Origin: an uncultured Nitrospiraceae bacterium | GTDB lineage: Bacteria > Nitrospirota > Thermodesulfovibrionia > Thermodesulfovibrionales > UBA9159 | Direction of reading: 5' to 3' | Length of the DNA stretch: 34,394 nucleotides | NCBI GenBank assembly: GCA_947085305.1 | Contig: CAMTVV010000107.1 | Location: 1-34,394 of the forward strand | Shown here: positions 25,013 through 32,838 of the stretch, in pieces | Position numbering within the stretch: the stretch's first letter is position 1 | Layout of the letters: each line of letters opens with the position of its first letter | Notes under the pieces: model-generated | What the model saw: only the letters and a program-made list of their open reading frames with translations | Database searches by the model: none | What the model was told of the DNA's origin: nothing | Position numbers and translations under genes: made by a program

Positions 25013-25416
25013 TGAAACTCTATGACGGCGGTAAAATCATTACCGGGATTATAATCTTTTTCTTTCTGGTGACATTCCCCTTTTTCCTTAATATAGGGAA
25101 GGTAAATGCCAGGCCGGAGCCGAAAATAGATACCCCTGAGATCCAGAAACTGGCGGAGAAGAAGTGCATAGAGCCGAAGGCGTTCATGAGGGCGGAACAT
25201 ATGACATTGCTGAATGACTGGAGAGATGCTGCGGTGCGGGACGACAGGCGGCTTTACGTGAATTCCGAGGGGAAGCAGTTTACCATCAGTCTTCAGAATA
25301 CCTGTATGCATTGTCATTCGAACAAGAAGAAGTTCTGCGACGAATGCCATAACTATGTGGCGGTGAAACCGCACTGCTGGACGTGCCATATAGCGCCGAA
25401 GGAGAAGGAGTCATGA
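25012..25416 (+). CDS. dsrJ: DsrJ (membrane-anchored trihaem cytochrome c)
   Basis: N-terminal anchor helix and three CxxCH motifs (CMHCH, CDECH, CWTCH). 1-nt overlap with the dsrK stop. Confidence 0.9.
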   Translation: MKLYDGGKIITGIIIFFFLVTFPFFLNIGKVNARPEPKIDTPEIQKLAEKKCIEPKAFMRAEHMTLLNDWRDAAVRDDRRLYVNSEGKQFTISLQNTCMHCHSNKKKFCDECHNYVAVKPHCWTCHIAPKEKES

Positions 25417-26237
25417 GTATGAACAGAAGACAATTCCTTAAGATAGCAGGGGTTTCGACTATTCTTGGACTGGGAGGCACATCAGCGCTGAACGCTCTCA
25501 GGGGAAGCGCCCTGGAGGCGTCCCATGTCCTGACCGACGAGAAGGCCCTGAACGCAAAACGGTGGGCAATGGTCATTGATATGAGCAAGTTCAAGACCGG
25601 GGAAGATTACAAAAGAGTCATCAAGGCTTGCCACAGTATCCATAATGTCCCTGATTTGGGAAACCCGAAAGATGAGATCAAATGGATATGGACCGATACC
25701 TTTGCGCATACCTTCCCGAGCCAGCCCAATGAATATATGGAGGAGGGCATCAAGCACAGGCCTTTCATCCTTCTCTGCAACCACTGCGCCAATCCCCCCT
25801 GCGTGAGGGTCTGTCCCACCAAGGCAACTTTCAAGCGGAAAGACGGCATCATTATGATGGACCAGCATCGCTGTATCGGCTGCAGATTCTGCATGGCTGG
25901 ATGCCCTTTTGGGGCAAGAAGCTTTAACTATAAAGATCCGAGACCCTTTCTCAAGGAGGAGAACAAGGAATATCCCACAAGGACCATAGGGGTTGTTGAA
26001 AAATGCACCTTCTGCTTTGAACGGCTTGCAAGGGGTCTTGTCCCGGCATGTGTTGAGGCATCACAGGAGGCTGCGAAGGCAGCAGGGGGAGAACCCGGAA
26101 TGTTTTTTGGAGACCTGGATGACCCCAAATCTGAGGTGAGAAAGCTTCTCGCAACGCGGTACACCATCAGGCGCAAGCCGGAGCTCGGCACAGACCCCAG
26201 TGTTTTCTATGTTGTAGGAGGTGATAAAAATGCTTGA
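25413..26237 (+). CDS. dsrO: DsrO (periplasmic ferredoxin-like 4Fe-4S protein, Tat signal)
   Basis: ATG 25413 follows GGAGAAGGAG and overlaps the dsrJ stop (ATGA). Twin-arginine motif NRRQFLK. Clusters CNHCANPPCVRVCP, CIGCRFCMAGCP and CTFC. Confidence 0.9.
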   Translation: MSMNRRQFLKIAGVSTILGLGGTSALNALRGSALEASHVLTDEKALNAKRWAMVIDMSKFKTGEDYKRVIKACHSIHNVPDLGNPKDEIKWIWTDTFAHTFPSQPNEYMEEGIKHRPFILLCNHCANPPCVRVCPTKATFKRKDGIIMMDQHRCIGCRFCMAGCPFGARSFNYKDPRPFLKEENKEYPTRTIGVVEKCTFCFERLARGLVPACVEASQEAAKAAGGEPGMFFGDLDDPKSEVRKLLATRYTIRRKPELGTDPSVFYVVGGDKNA

Positions 26238-27402
26238 AAAGGCGTTGACAGGAAGCAGAAGCTACTGGACATGGATATTCTTTTTGCTCGCCCTTGTCGG
26301 GATAGGGTTTGTGAACTATCTCTACCAGTTCAAGACCGGTTTGGGAATAACAGGCATGAGCAGGGATGTTTCCTGGGGACTGTATATCGGTCAGTTCACA
26401 TTTCTTGTGGGTGTTGCGGCTTCTGCGGTGATGCTGGTCATTCCTTACTATCTCCATGACTTTAAGAAATTCGGGAAGATAGTTATCCTCGGAGAGTTCC
26501 TTGCTGTTGCTGCTGTCACCATGTGTATCGCGTTCATTTTTGTTGACCTGGGGCAGCCCATGAGGGTGCTGAATGTGATATTGTATCCGACCCCCAAATC
26601 CATCCTTTTCTGGGATATGATCGTTTTAAACGGATATCTGTTCCTTAATATTGTAATCGGCTGGATGACCTTAAGCTCGGACCGTAAAGGGATAAAGCCG
26701 CCAGAGTGGATTAAGCCTCTTATTTACCTTTCAATTCCATGGGCCGTCAGTATACACACAGTCACAGCATTTCTTTATGCAGGACTTCCTGATAGATATT
26801 TTTGGCTGAGCGCACTCACGGCTGCCAGCTTTCTTTCCTCGGCGTTTGCTGCAGGCCCTGCCCTGCTTATAATATTGGCTCTTATCGTTAGAAAATTCAC
26901 TAAATTCGACCCGGGAAAAGAGCCCATTCAGGCGGTGGGAAAGATCGTTACCTATGCCATGATAGCAAATGTATTCTTTCTTGGACTGAAAATATTTACT
27001 GCTGCATACAGTCAGATACCCGGCTACCTTTACCCGATGAAATATCTTTATTTCGGAATAGAAGGGTTCGACAAACTTGTTCCGATAATGTGGGCATCGA
27101 GCATACTTGCTGTGATTTCCCTTGCTATTCTAATTGTTCCAGCATTGCGAAAAAACGAGACAACCCTTGTGCTGGCATGCATAGCGTTGTTTGTATCTTT
27201 ATGGATAGATAAGGGATTTGGTTTTATAGTCGGAGGTTTCGTGCCTAATCCGTTTAAAAAGGTTATGGAGTACTGGCCTACGATGCCTGAAATACTGATT
27301 ACAATAGGGGTGTGGGCATTGGGTTTTCTGGTGCTTACGCTGCTTTACAAGATAGCTGTAACGGTGAGAGAAGAGACCGCAGGGATAGAAATAGAGCACT
27401 AA
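26230..27402 (+). CDS. dsrP: DsrP (NrfD/PsrC-like integral membrane quinone-interacting subunit)
   Basis: Polytopic membrane protein after dsrO. ATG 26230 lies 8 nt after AGGAGG; the track start at 26221 is a GTG inside the SD. Confidence 0.88.
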   Translation: MLEKALTGSRSYWTWIFFLLALVGIGFVNYLYQFKTGLGITGMSRDVSWGLYIGQFTFLVGVAASAVMLVIPYYLHDFKKFGKIVILGEFLAVAAVTMCIAFIFVDLGQPMRVLNVILYPTPKSILFWDMIVLNGYLFLNIVIGWMTLSSDRKGIKPPEWIKPLIYLSIPWAVSIHTVTAFLYAGLPDRYFWLSALTAASFLSSAFAAGPALLIILALIVRKFTKFDPGKEPIQAVGKIVTYAMIANVFFLGLKIFTAAYSQIPGYLYPMKYLYFGIEGFDKLVPIMWASSILAVISLAILIVPALRKNETTLVLACIALFVSLWIDKGFGFIVGGFVPNPFKKVMEYWPTMPEILITIGVWALGFLVLTLLYKIAVTVREETAGIEIEH

Positions 27403-27450
27403 GAGGTATTTTATATAAAATAAGGGGAAAAATTAGGAGGTGATTGCAAC

Positions 27451-27636
27451 GTGTACATGGTTACCGTAGATGCGGCGCAATGCGAGGGCTGCGAGGAGTG
27501 CGTGAATGTCTGCCCCCAGGTTGTGTTCCAGATGAGCGACGCCAAGTCAGACCCGTATCAAACCGCAGAGTGCGTTTTCTGTGAAAGCTGTATTGGGGTG
27601 TGTCCTACAAGCGCCATAACTATAAAAGAGATGTAG
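27451..27636 (+). CDS. 2x[4Fe-4S] ferredoxin
   Basis: 61 aa with CEGCEECVNVCP and CVFCESCIGVCP. SD AGGAGG upstream. Last gene of the dsr transcription unit. Confidence 0.85.
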   Translation: MYMVTVDAAQCEGCEECVNVCPQVVFQMSDAKSDPYQTAECVFCESCIGVCPTSAITIKEM

Positions 27637-27656
27637 GATAAAGAAAGAAGAGCAAT

Positions 27657-27689
27657 AAAAAGGGGATGCAGAAAAGGCATCCCCTTTTT
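27657..27689. terminator. Bidirectional rho-independent terminator between ferredoxin and tusA
   Basis: AAAAA-GGGGATGC-agaaaag-GCATCCCC-TTTTT, an A-tract and a T-tract flanking an 8-bp GC-rich stem between convergent genes. Confidence 0.8.
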
Positions 27690-27739
27690 ATTTATCAAAG
27701 AGAAAGGGCAGGTCTAAAAAGAAGCAAGTTATCCTTCTC

Positions 27740-27991
27740 CTATGACTTCCGTATATAGAGTTCCCAGTAACCCTTGTCCTCGAGTTTGACGGCCTCGAAC
27801 TTAAACCCTTGCTTCTCACAATAGCGGGGGATGGAATCCTCTGCCGAAGCCGGAGCATCGCACAAAATCTTGAGTATCCCCCCGCTCGGCAGCTTCTCAA
27901 CAGCTTTTTTTGCCAGAACCAAGGGGTAAGGGCATACCCTCCCAAGGACATCAAGTGTCTCTGTAGGCGTTGTACTGCTCAGTTCTCCCAT
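27740..27991 (-). CDS. tusA: TusA-family sulfurtransferase
   Basis: 83 aa with LDVLGRVCPYPLVLAKKA (the CPxP active-site motif of TusA/SirA). Confidence 0.85.
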   Translation of the reverse strand: MGELSSTTPTETLDVLGRVCPYPLVLAKKAVEKLPSGGILKILCDAPASAEDSIPRYCEKQGFKFEAVKLEDKGYWELYIRKS

Positions 27992-28001
27992 ACATTCCTC
28001 C

Positions 28002-28415
28002 TTAAAAGAATAGAAGATGGTTCGATGAGTCCATCTCCTTCATAATCTCGCTGAAGGCTACAATATTTGCCCTGGTCTCACCTCCGATGTCCTCTGCATC
28101 CATGATCAGAGCATCTTCGGAAATTCCGAACTTTTCCACATCCTCTTTACAGATCAGGACCTTTAAATCAAGGAGGAGGGCGTTTTTCAAGTGCTGCTCA
28201 AGGCTTGTTACGCCATATGTATTCATGGCCGTCTGATTCCTCAGACAGTTTAACACACCGTCGCCGATAAAGGCCAGAACCGGTTCCACGTTGTCGCCGT
28301 CCTCAAGATATATCTCCACTGTCTGGCTCGCGATGGCGTGGGTTAACGCCAGTCTCGAGGCCTCTGTCTTATAGGGAAGGCTTTTTACTACGAATGCGAA
28401 TTTCTTGATAGCCAT
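28002..28415 (-). CDS. DsrF/TusC-like protein (DsrE/DsrF/DsrH superfamily)
   Basis: Pattern FAFVV...P....LA...A......V..F..GDGV..L...Q...........L..LD..V.ICKEDVEKFGI resembles TusC/DsrF. ATG 28415 lies 8 nt after AGGAGG and 1 nt after the upstream stop. Confidence 0.7.
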   Translation of the reverse strand: MAIKKFAFVVKSLPYKTEASRLALTHAIASQTVEIYLEDGDNVEPVLAFIGDGVLNCLRNQTAMNTYGVTSLEQHLKNALLLDLKVLICKEDVEKFGISEDALIMDAEDIGGETRANIVAFSEIMKEMDSSNHLLFF

Positions 28416-28416
28416 A

Positions 28417-28779
28417 TTAATCACCTCCTATATGAAGTACCTTGTCTGCGCTGAAACAGCTTGCAAGATACCAGTCCATGCTGTGGCGTTTCCATCCTTC
28501 CATGGTGTCTTCTTTATGGTATCCCCTCGCCTCAGCACACGCCTCACAGGCAGTAGCCTGAAAATTTCCCGTTGCAAAGAGCTCCTTGAGTTTCTTTTCC
28601 AGCGCAGAATAGTCCTTAAAAGCCCTTTGGCCCTTTTTCGAGAGCATTGTTGCATTCCCCGATACCCAGAAATCAACCTTATGTCCCTTCTTTATTGCGG
28701 CCTCGGACAACTTTACGGTAAAGTCGAGGGACAGAGAACCTACTAGTGAAGAGAAAACGCCGATGGTTAATTTAGCCAT
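28417..28779 (-). CDS. DsrE/TusD-like protein
   Basis: 120 aa. Contains ATACEACAEARGY, resembling the Cys-containing active-site segment (C..C...RG) of DsrE/TusD. Confidence 0.7.
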   Translation of the reverse strand: MAKLTIGVFSSLVGSLSLDFTVKLSEAAIKKGHKVDFWVSGNATMLSKKGQRAFKDYSALEKKLKELFATGNFQATACEACAEARGYHKEDTMEGWKRHSMDWYLASCFSADKVLHIGGD

Positions 28780-28788
28780 GATGACCCC

Positions 28789-29085
28789 CTATATCCATAT
28801 TATCTTCTCGTATTCATTGAAAATCAGGTCTACGAGATCATTGTAAGTTATAGCCTTGATCCTGCCGTCAATATCTGTTTCCGCGAAGCCCCTTGTCTGT
28901 AAGTCTTCTGCAAGCGCATAGAGATGAGGAGACTTCTCCAGTATCGCAGATTGTTTTCCGGCCTCTTTCACTTTCGCATGATAGACCCCGTTGCTGACGA
29001 GGATAATGCCAAGCGTATCAGCCTCTAATCTCAATAAGGTATCGTCCATATTCCTGAAGTCGCTGACAAGCACGCCTAATTTCAT
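28789..29085 (-). CDS. DsrH/TusB-like protein
   Basis: 98 aa from ATG 29085 (AGGAGG 7 nt upstream). LVSNGVYHA, LYALAEDLQTRGF and a C-terminal ..DLVDL......IIWI parallel DsrH/TusB. No cysteine is present. Confidence 0.65.
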   Translation of the reverse strand: MKLGVLVSDFRNMDDTLLRLEADTLGIILVSNGVYHAKVKEAGKQSAILEKSPHLYALAEDLQTRGFAETDIDGRIKAITYNDLVDLIFNEYEKIIWI

Positions 29086-29419
29086 GAAACACCTCCTGGA
29101 AATATTTTTTTGGGAGTGCAATTTTATATCACCTGGAGAGATAAATTGTAAATAAAAAATCCTTTATAAATTCATTAATAATTGTTATAACTTACAATAT
29201 GAAGTGTGATATCACGATGAGAAAGGGCAATCCGCACAGGCCGGCAGCGGTTTTTATACATGCGACAGCCCTCACATTCCTGGTAATTGCTTGACAAATG
29301 AGGAGTAATGCTGTAAATGTAATAAGAGACTTTGATAGGAACGTTCACGGTCTTGCGGGGATGTTCATTTAAGGGCTGGTTTCCGGCCTTTATGAGATAA
29401 TAAATAATGGAGGATGGTC

Positions 29420-29839
29420 ATGGCGAGTAAGAAATTGCAGGATATGCTCAATGATGCAATTGCAAGGGAGATTCAGGTTAGCATTCAGTATATGTGGCAG
29501 CATGTTATGATCAGGGGTATCAATGCCGAATCCGTCGGCGGTGTTTTCAAAGGCATTGCAATCACGGAAATGAAGCATGCAGAGGCTATCGCTGAGAGGC
29601 TTGATTATCTTGGGGGAGTGCCGACCACAAAGCCGACACCCATAGCCATAGGGAAAACAGCGAAAGAGATGCTCCAGATTAATAAGAAGGCAGAGGAAGA
29701 TGCAATGAAACTCTACAGGGAGATTGTTGCCGTGGCCGCCAGGGACGGGGATGTTGTGACCAGAAAGCTTTTTGAGTCTATCCTTTCTGATGAAGAGGGC
29801 CATCATAACACATTTATTACCCTGTTAGAAAAGGATTAG
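29420..29839 (+). CDS. bfr: Bacterioferritin
   Basis: Di-iron ligand pattern E...E-M-K-H...E...E-E-G-H (AREIQ, TEMKHAE, EEDAMKLY, DEEGHH), including the haem-ligand Met in EMKH. ATG 29420 lies 6 nt after GGAGG. Confidence 0.85.
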   Translation: MASKKLQDMLNDAIAREIQVSIQYMWQHVMIRGINAESVGGVFKGIAITEMKHAEAIAERLDYLGGVPTTKPTPIAIGKTAKEMLQINKKAEEDAMKLYREIVAVAARDGDVVTRKLFESILSDEEGHHNTFITLLEKD

Positions 29840-29958
29840 CGAAAATTGTTCTTCAATGGTTATCCGGCGGCTTTAGGATAACAGGCAGTTTTCATCCTCC
29901 GGCGACCGGATTAGGAGTTAAGTGTAAAACCCCAAGGTTCATGCCATATAATTATGTC

Positions 29959-29994
29959 TTGACAAATAGTAGCAATTCCTATATAGTAGCAATT
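29959..29994 (+). promoter_or_regulatory. Consensus sigma70-type promoter with embedded 12-bp direct repeats, abutting the Fur-family gene start
   Basis: TTGACA (29959-64), 17-nt spacer, TATAGT (29982-87), then 7 nt to ATG 29995. ATAGTAGCAATT occurs twice (29966-77 and 29983-94), with starts 17 bp apart. Confidence 0.6.
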
Positions 29995-30450
29995 ATGAAT
30001 AAAGTCGCTTCCAAGAAAGCAAACGGCTATAACGAGTTTTTCAAGGAGAAATGCAGGGAAAACAATCTCAAGTTCACACCGCAGCGCTTTGCCGTTTACC
30101 AGGAGCTCCTTAAGTCACGAGATCATCCTTCCGCGGATGTCATCTTCAGGAGATTACGAAAACTCTTCCCCAACATATCTCTTGATACAGTGAACAGAAC
30201 GCTCCTGACCTTTTACAAAGTCGGAATTGCGCAGATTGTTGAGGGCTCCGGAGCGCCAAAGCGCTTTGACGCCAACAGAGATCAACATCACCATTTCAGG
30301 TGTATGAGCTGTAACGGCATCATTGACGTTTATGGAGACTCTTTTGACAACATCAAAATCCCGGAGGAGATTAAGCGGCAATTTATTGTAATGAACAAAA
30401 CCGTGCATCTGGAAGGTATTTGCGACAAATGCAGGGGCAAGCCCCGATAG
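29995..30450 (+). CDS. Fur-family transcriptional regulator (PerR-like by context)
   Basis: KFTPQRFAVYQEL winged-helix start, HHHF metal site, CxxC pairs CMSCNG and CDKC. The promoter lies inside the longer ORF (29941), so 29995 is preferred, with no SD (leaderless candidate). Confidence 0.8.
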   Translation: MNKVASKKANGYNEFFKEKCRENNLKFTPQRFAVYQELLKSRDHPSADVIFRRLRKLFPNISLDTVNRTLLTFYKVGIAQIVEGSGAPKRFDANRDQHHHFRCMSCNGIIDVYGDSFDNIKIPEEIKRQFIVMNKTVHLEGICDKCRGKPR

Positions 30451-30479
30451 AAGCCAAGCTTCACACGGGGCAAGCATAA

Positions 30480-30584
30480 GGTGAAACCGCGGAGGATGGC
30501 AGGAACTCTTTAGATGCCGGGTTTGAGGATCTTCCATCAGACTGGAAATGCCCGGTATGCAATGCTCCAAAGAGCGCATTGTAA
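30480..30584 (+). pseudogene. Rubredoxin remnant (C-terminal half only, no start codon)
   Basis: Manual translation: GETAEDGRNSLDAGFEDLPSDWKCPVCNAPKSAL*. It has the second CPxCG-like knuckle and the FEDLPDDW motif of rubredoxin. The first CxxC and any start codon are missing, and TAA lies immediately upstream in frame. Confidence 0.65.
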
Positions 30585-30609
30585 CAAATAGGATAAAGGA
30601 GGAAATTAA

Positions 30610-31194
30610 ATGAAAAAAACCATTGAAAATTTAACAAAGGCATTCATAGGAGAAAGCCAGGCACGAAACCGTTATACCTTCTATGCGAAGACCGCACAGA
30701 AGGAAGGCTTTGATCAGATTGCGGAGATATTCCTTGTTACGGCTGACAATGAACGGGAGCATGCCAAATGGCTCTTCAGGCTGATCAATGAACTTAAACA
30801 AAAGCAGGAAGAGAAACTGGATGAAATAATCGTGGAAGCGGCAGCGCCTACAACCCTCGGTACCACTGCCGATAATCTCAAAGCGGCGATCAGGGGAGAA
30901 CATTATGAATACACTAAAATGTATCCTGAATTTGCGGATATTGCCGAAAAGGAGGGATTTCCCGCCATTGCCGCACGCCTGCGGTCGATTGCCAAGGCAG
31001 AAGCGCATCACGAAGAGAGATACAGGAAGCTATTAACGGAAGTTCAAGGCAATACCGTATTCAGGAAAGACAAAAAATGCGACTGGGTATGCAGAAAATG
31101 CGGTTATGTCCATGAAGGGGAAGCGCCGCCGGAAAAATGCCCGTCCTGCGATCACGAGTCAAGCTATTTTCAAATTAAATGTGAAGAATATTAA
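30610..31194 (+). CDS. rbr: Rubrerythrin
   Basis: [18 protein letters not shown]-terminus, di-iron ExxH motifs ([14 protein letters not shown]), C-terminal rubredoxin-like CRKCG...CPSC. Confidence 0.92.
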   Translation: MKKTIENLTKAFIGESQARNRYTFYAKTAQKEGFDQIAEIFLVTADNEREHAKWLFRLINELKQKQEEKLDEIIVEAAAPTTLGTTADNLKAAIRGEHYEYTKMYPEFADIAEKEGFPAIAARLRSIAKAEAHHEERYRKLLTEVQGNTVFRKDKKCDWVCRKCGYVHEGEAPPEKCPSCDHESSYFQIKCEEY

Positions 31195-31319
31195 TGACGA
31201 CAGATAAAGAGGAAAATGGCCGAATTACTGATTATCCTGAAAAACAATGTTCCCTTGGAGCATACATGCTAAACGTTTTTTGGCCAGTGTATAGCTGAGG
31301 ATTATACCAGGAGAAAAAA

Positions 31320-31454
31320 ATGGTGCAACTTGGAGAAAAGTACAAATGCAATATCTGCGGCAATGAAGTGGTCGTAACAAATGCCGGCGCAGGGGCACTT
31401 GTCTGCTGCGGAGAACCGATGGATAAAATTGGAGAAGATTTCGAATGCAAATAG
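31320..31454 (+). CDS. Desulforedoxin-like small iron protein (44 aa; below the ORF-track cutoff)
   Basis: [44 protein letters not shown]. It has the desulforedoxin pattern YKCxxCGxxVxV...G.LVCCG..M. SD AGGAG lies 8 nt upstream. Confidence 0.75.
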   Translation: MVQLGEKYKCNICGNEVVVTNAGAGALVCCGEPMDKIGEDFECK

Positions 31455-31493
31455 GAAAGATTCATGCAAAAACAACAAAAGGCTGGAGGGCTC

Positions 31494-32708
31494 ATGAAGG
31501 CTGTTGAGATTAAAAACAGGATATACTGGGTAGGCGCAATTGACTGGGCAGTGCGGGATTTTCATGGCTATGCAACGCCCCGGGGCACAACCTACAATAA
31601 TTATCTTGTCATGGACGATGAGATAACCCTGCTCGATACTGTCAAGTATGACTTTTCAGATATTACCATCAAAAACATCAGCAGTGTGGTAGATCCTTCA
31701 AGGATAAAGAATGTGGTGATCAACCATATCGAGAATGACCATGCCACGAGTCTCGATAGAATCATGGAGCTGGCCAAAAACGCTACCATCTATATCACCG
31801 AGAAGGGCAAGAAGGGACTCCAGAGGTTTTTTGATACATCAAAATGGAGTATAAAGGTGGTGAAGACGGGGGATACGTTATGCATAGGAAAAAGGACGCT
31901 CCTCTTCATCGAGACCCCGATGATACACTGGCCGGATTCCATGATGACGTACATACAGGAAGAGAAAATCCTCATAAGCCAGGACGGGTTTGGCCAGCAT
32001 ATTGCATCCGCGTTGAGGTTCGACGATGAATTTGTCACCTGCGAATCCATGTCGGAGCTGGAAGACGCAGTGATTGATTACTACGCAAACATCCTCATGC
32101 CTTTTGGGCAGCTGATAAAGAACAAAATTGCGGATATTCAGAAATTGGGCCTGGAGATAGAGATCATCGCGCCTGACCATGGGATCATCTGGAGGGCAAA
32201 TCCACAGAAAGTCATGCAGGCGTATCTCGACATGGCAGGAGGCAAGACAAATCTAAGCGTTCCGATCATATATGACACCATGTGGCAAAGCACCGAAAAG
32301 ATGTCGCTGCCCATCATGCAGGGGATAAAAGACGAAGGGGTTGATTGTAAGGTCATCAAACTGAGGGCCACACCCATGAGTGTTGCCATCAAAGAGTTCT
32401 GGAAATCCAGGGGATGCCTCATCGGAACTCCTACGCTTAATAATATCATGTATCCTACCGTAGCCGAATTCCTCACTCACTTGAGGGGACTCAGGCCGAA
32501 AAACCGGATTATGGGCGCCTTCGGAAGCTTTGGCTGGGGCGGCGGCGCAGTGAAGGACGCATATGAAGAGTTTAAGAGGATGGGCCTCGAAACCTTTGAG
32601 CCGGGATTGCAGATTCTCTATCGGCCATCCCTGGAAGATGAGGGAAAGTGTTATGACTTCGGAAGGGAGTTCGCAAAAAAGGTAAAGGAATATCATTCCA
32701 AATTCTGA
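31494..32708 (+). CDS. Flavodiiron protein (FprA / rubredoxin:oxygen oxidoreductase type)
   Basis: IYWVGAIDWAVRDFHGY...GTTYNNYLV N-terminus, metallo-beta-lactamase-like HIENDH motif, C-terminal flavodoxin-like domain. The start at 31494 matches homolog N-termini; 31464 is the alternative. Confidence 0.9.
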   Translation: MKAVEIKNRIYWVGAIDWAVRDFHGYATPRGTTYNNYLVMDDEITLLDTVKYDFSDITIKNISSVVDPSRIKNVVINHIENDHATSLDRIMELAKNATIYITEKGKKGLQRFFDTSKWSIKVVKTGDTLCIGKRTLLFIETPMIHWPDSMMTYIQEEKILISQDGFGQHIASALRFDDEFVTCESMSELEDAVIDYYANILMPFGQLIKNKIADIQKLGLEIEIIAPDHGIIWRANPQKVMQAYLDMAGGKTNLSVPIIYDTMWQSTEKMSLPIMQGIKDEGVDCKVIKLRATPMSVAIKEFWKSRGCLIGTPTLNNIMYPTVAEFLTHLRGLRPKNRIMGAFGSFGWGGGAVKDAYEEFKRMGLETFEPGLQILYRPSLEDEGKCYDFGREFAKKVKEYHSKF

Positions 32709-32754
32709 GAGGAGCCAATGGACAAAGCTTGAAATTGCTCAATAAGGAGGGATA

Positions 32755-32838
32755 ATGACGAAGTCAGAAAAGAATCTTGCGGAGGCATTATGTCCCGTAT
32801 GTAAGTCAAAGAAGCAGGCATTCAAAAAGGTTGACTGA
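32755..32838 (+). CDS. 27-aa mini-ORF resembling the fused N- and C-termini of a rubrerythrin
   Basis: MTKSEKNLAEALCPVCKSKKQAFKKVD. SD AAGGAGGG lies 4 nt upstream. The stop overlaps the next ATG (TGATG). Coding status unproven. Confidence 0.4.
   Translation: MTKSEKNLAEALCPVCKSKKQAFKKVD

Noticed and set aside
25383-25412. Upstream ATG for dsrO
   Set aside because: ATG 25413 has a GGAGAAGGAG SD and places the twin-arginine motif at the normal distance from the N-terminus. The extension overlaps the dsrJ C-terminus.
29176-29190. PerR/Fur-box-like TAATAATTGTTATAA in the dsrH-like/bfr divergent region (also the GTGATATCAC palindrome at 29206-29215)
   Set aside because: It matches 13 of 15 positions of the Bacillus PerR box TTATAATnATTATAA, but it lies in very AT-rich DNA and is itself a poor palindrome. 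A chance match cannot be excluded without genome-wide motif statistics.
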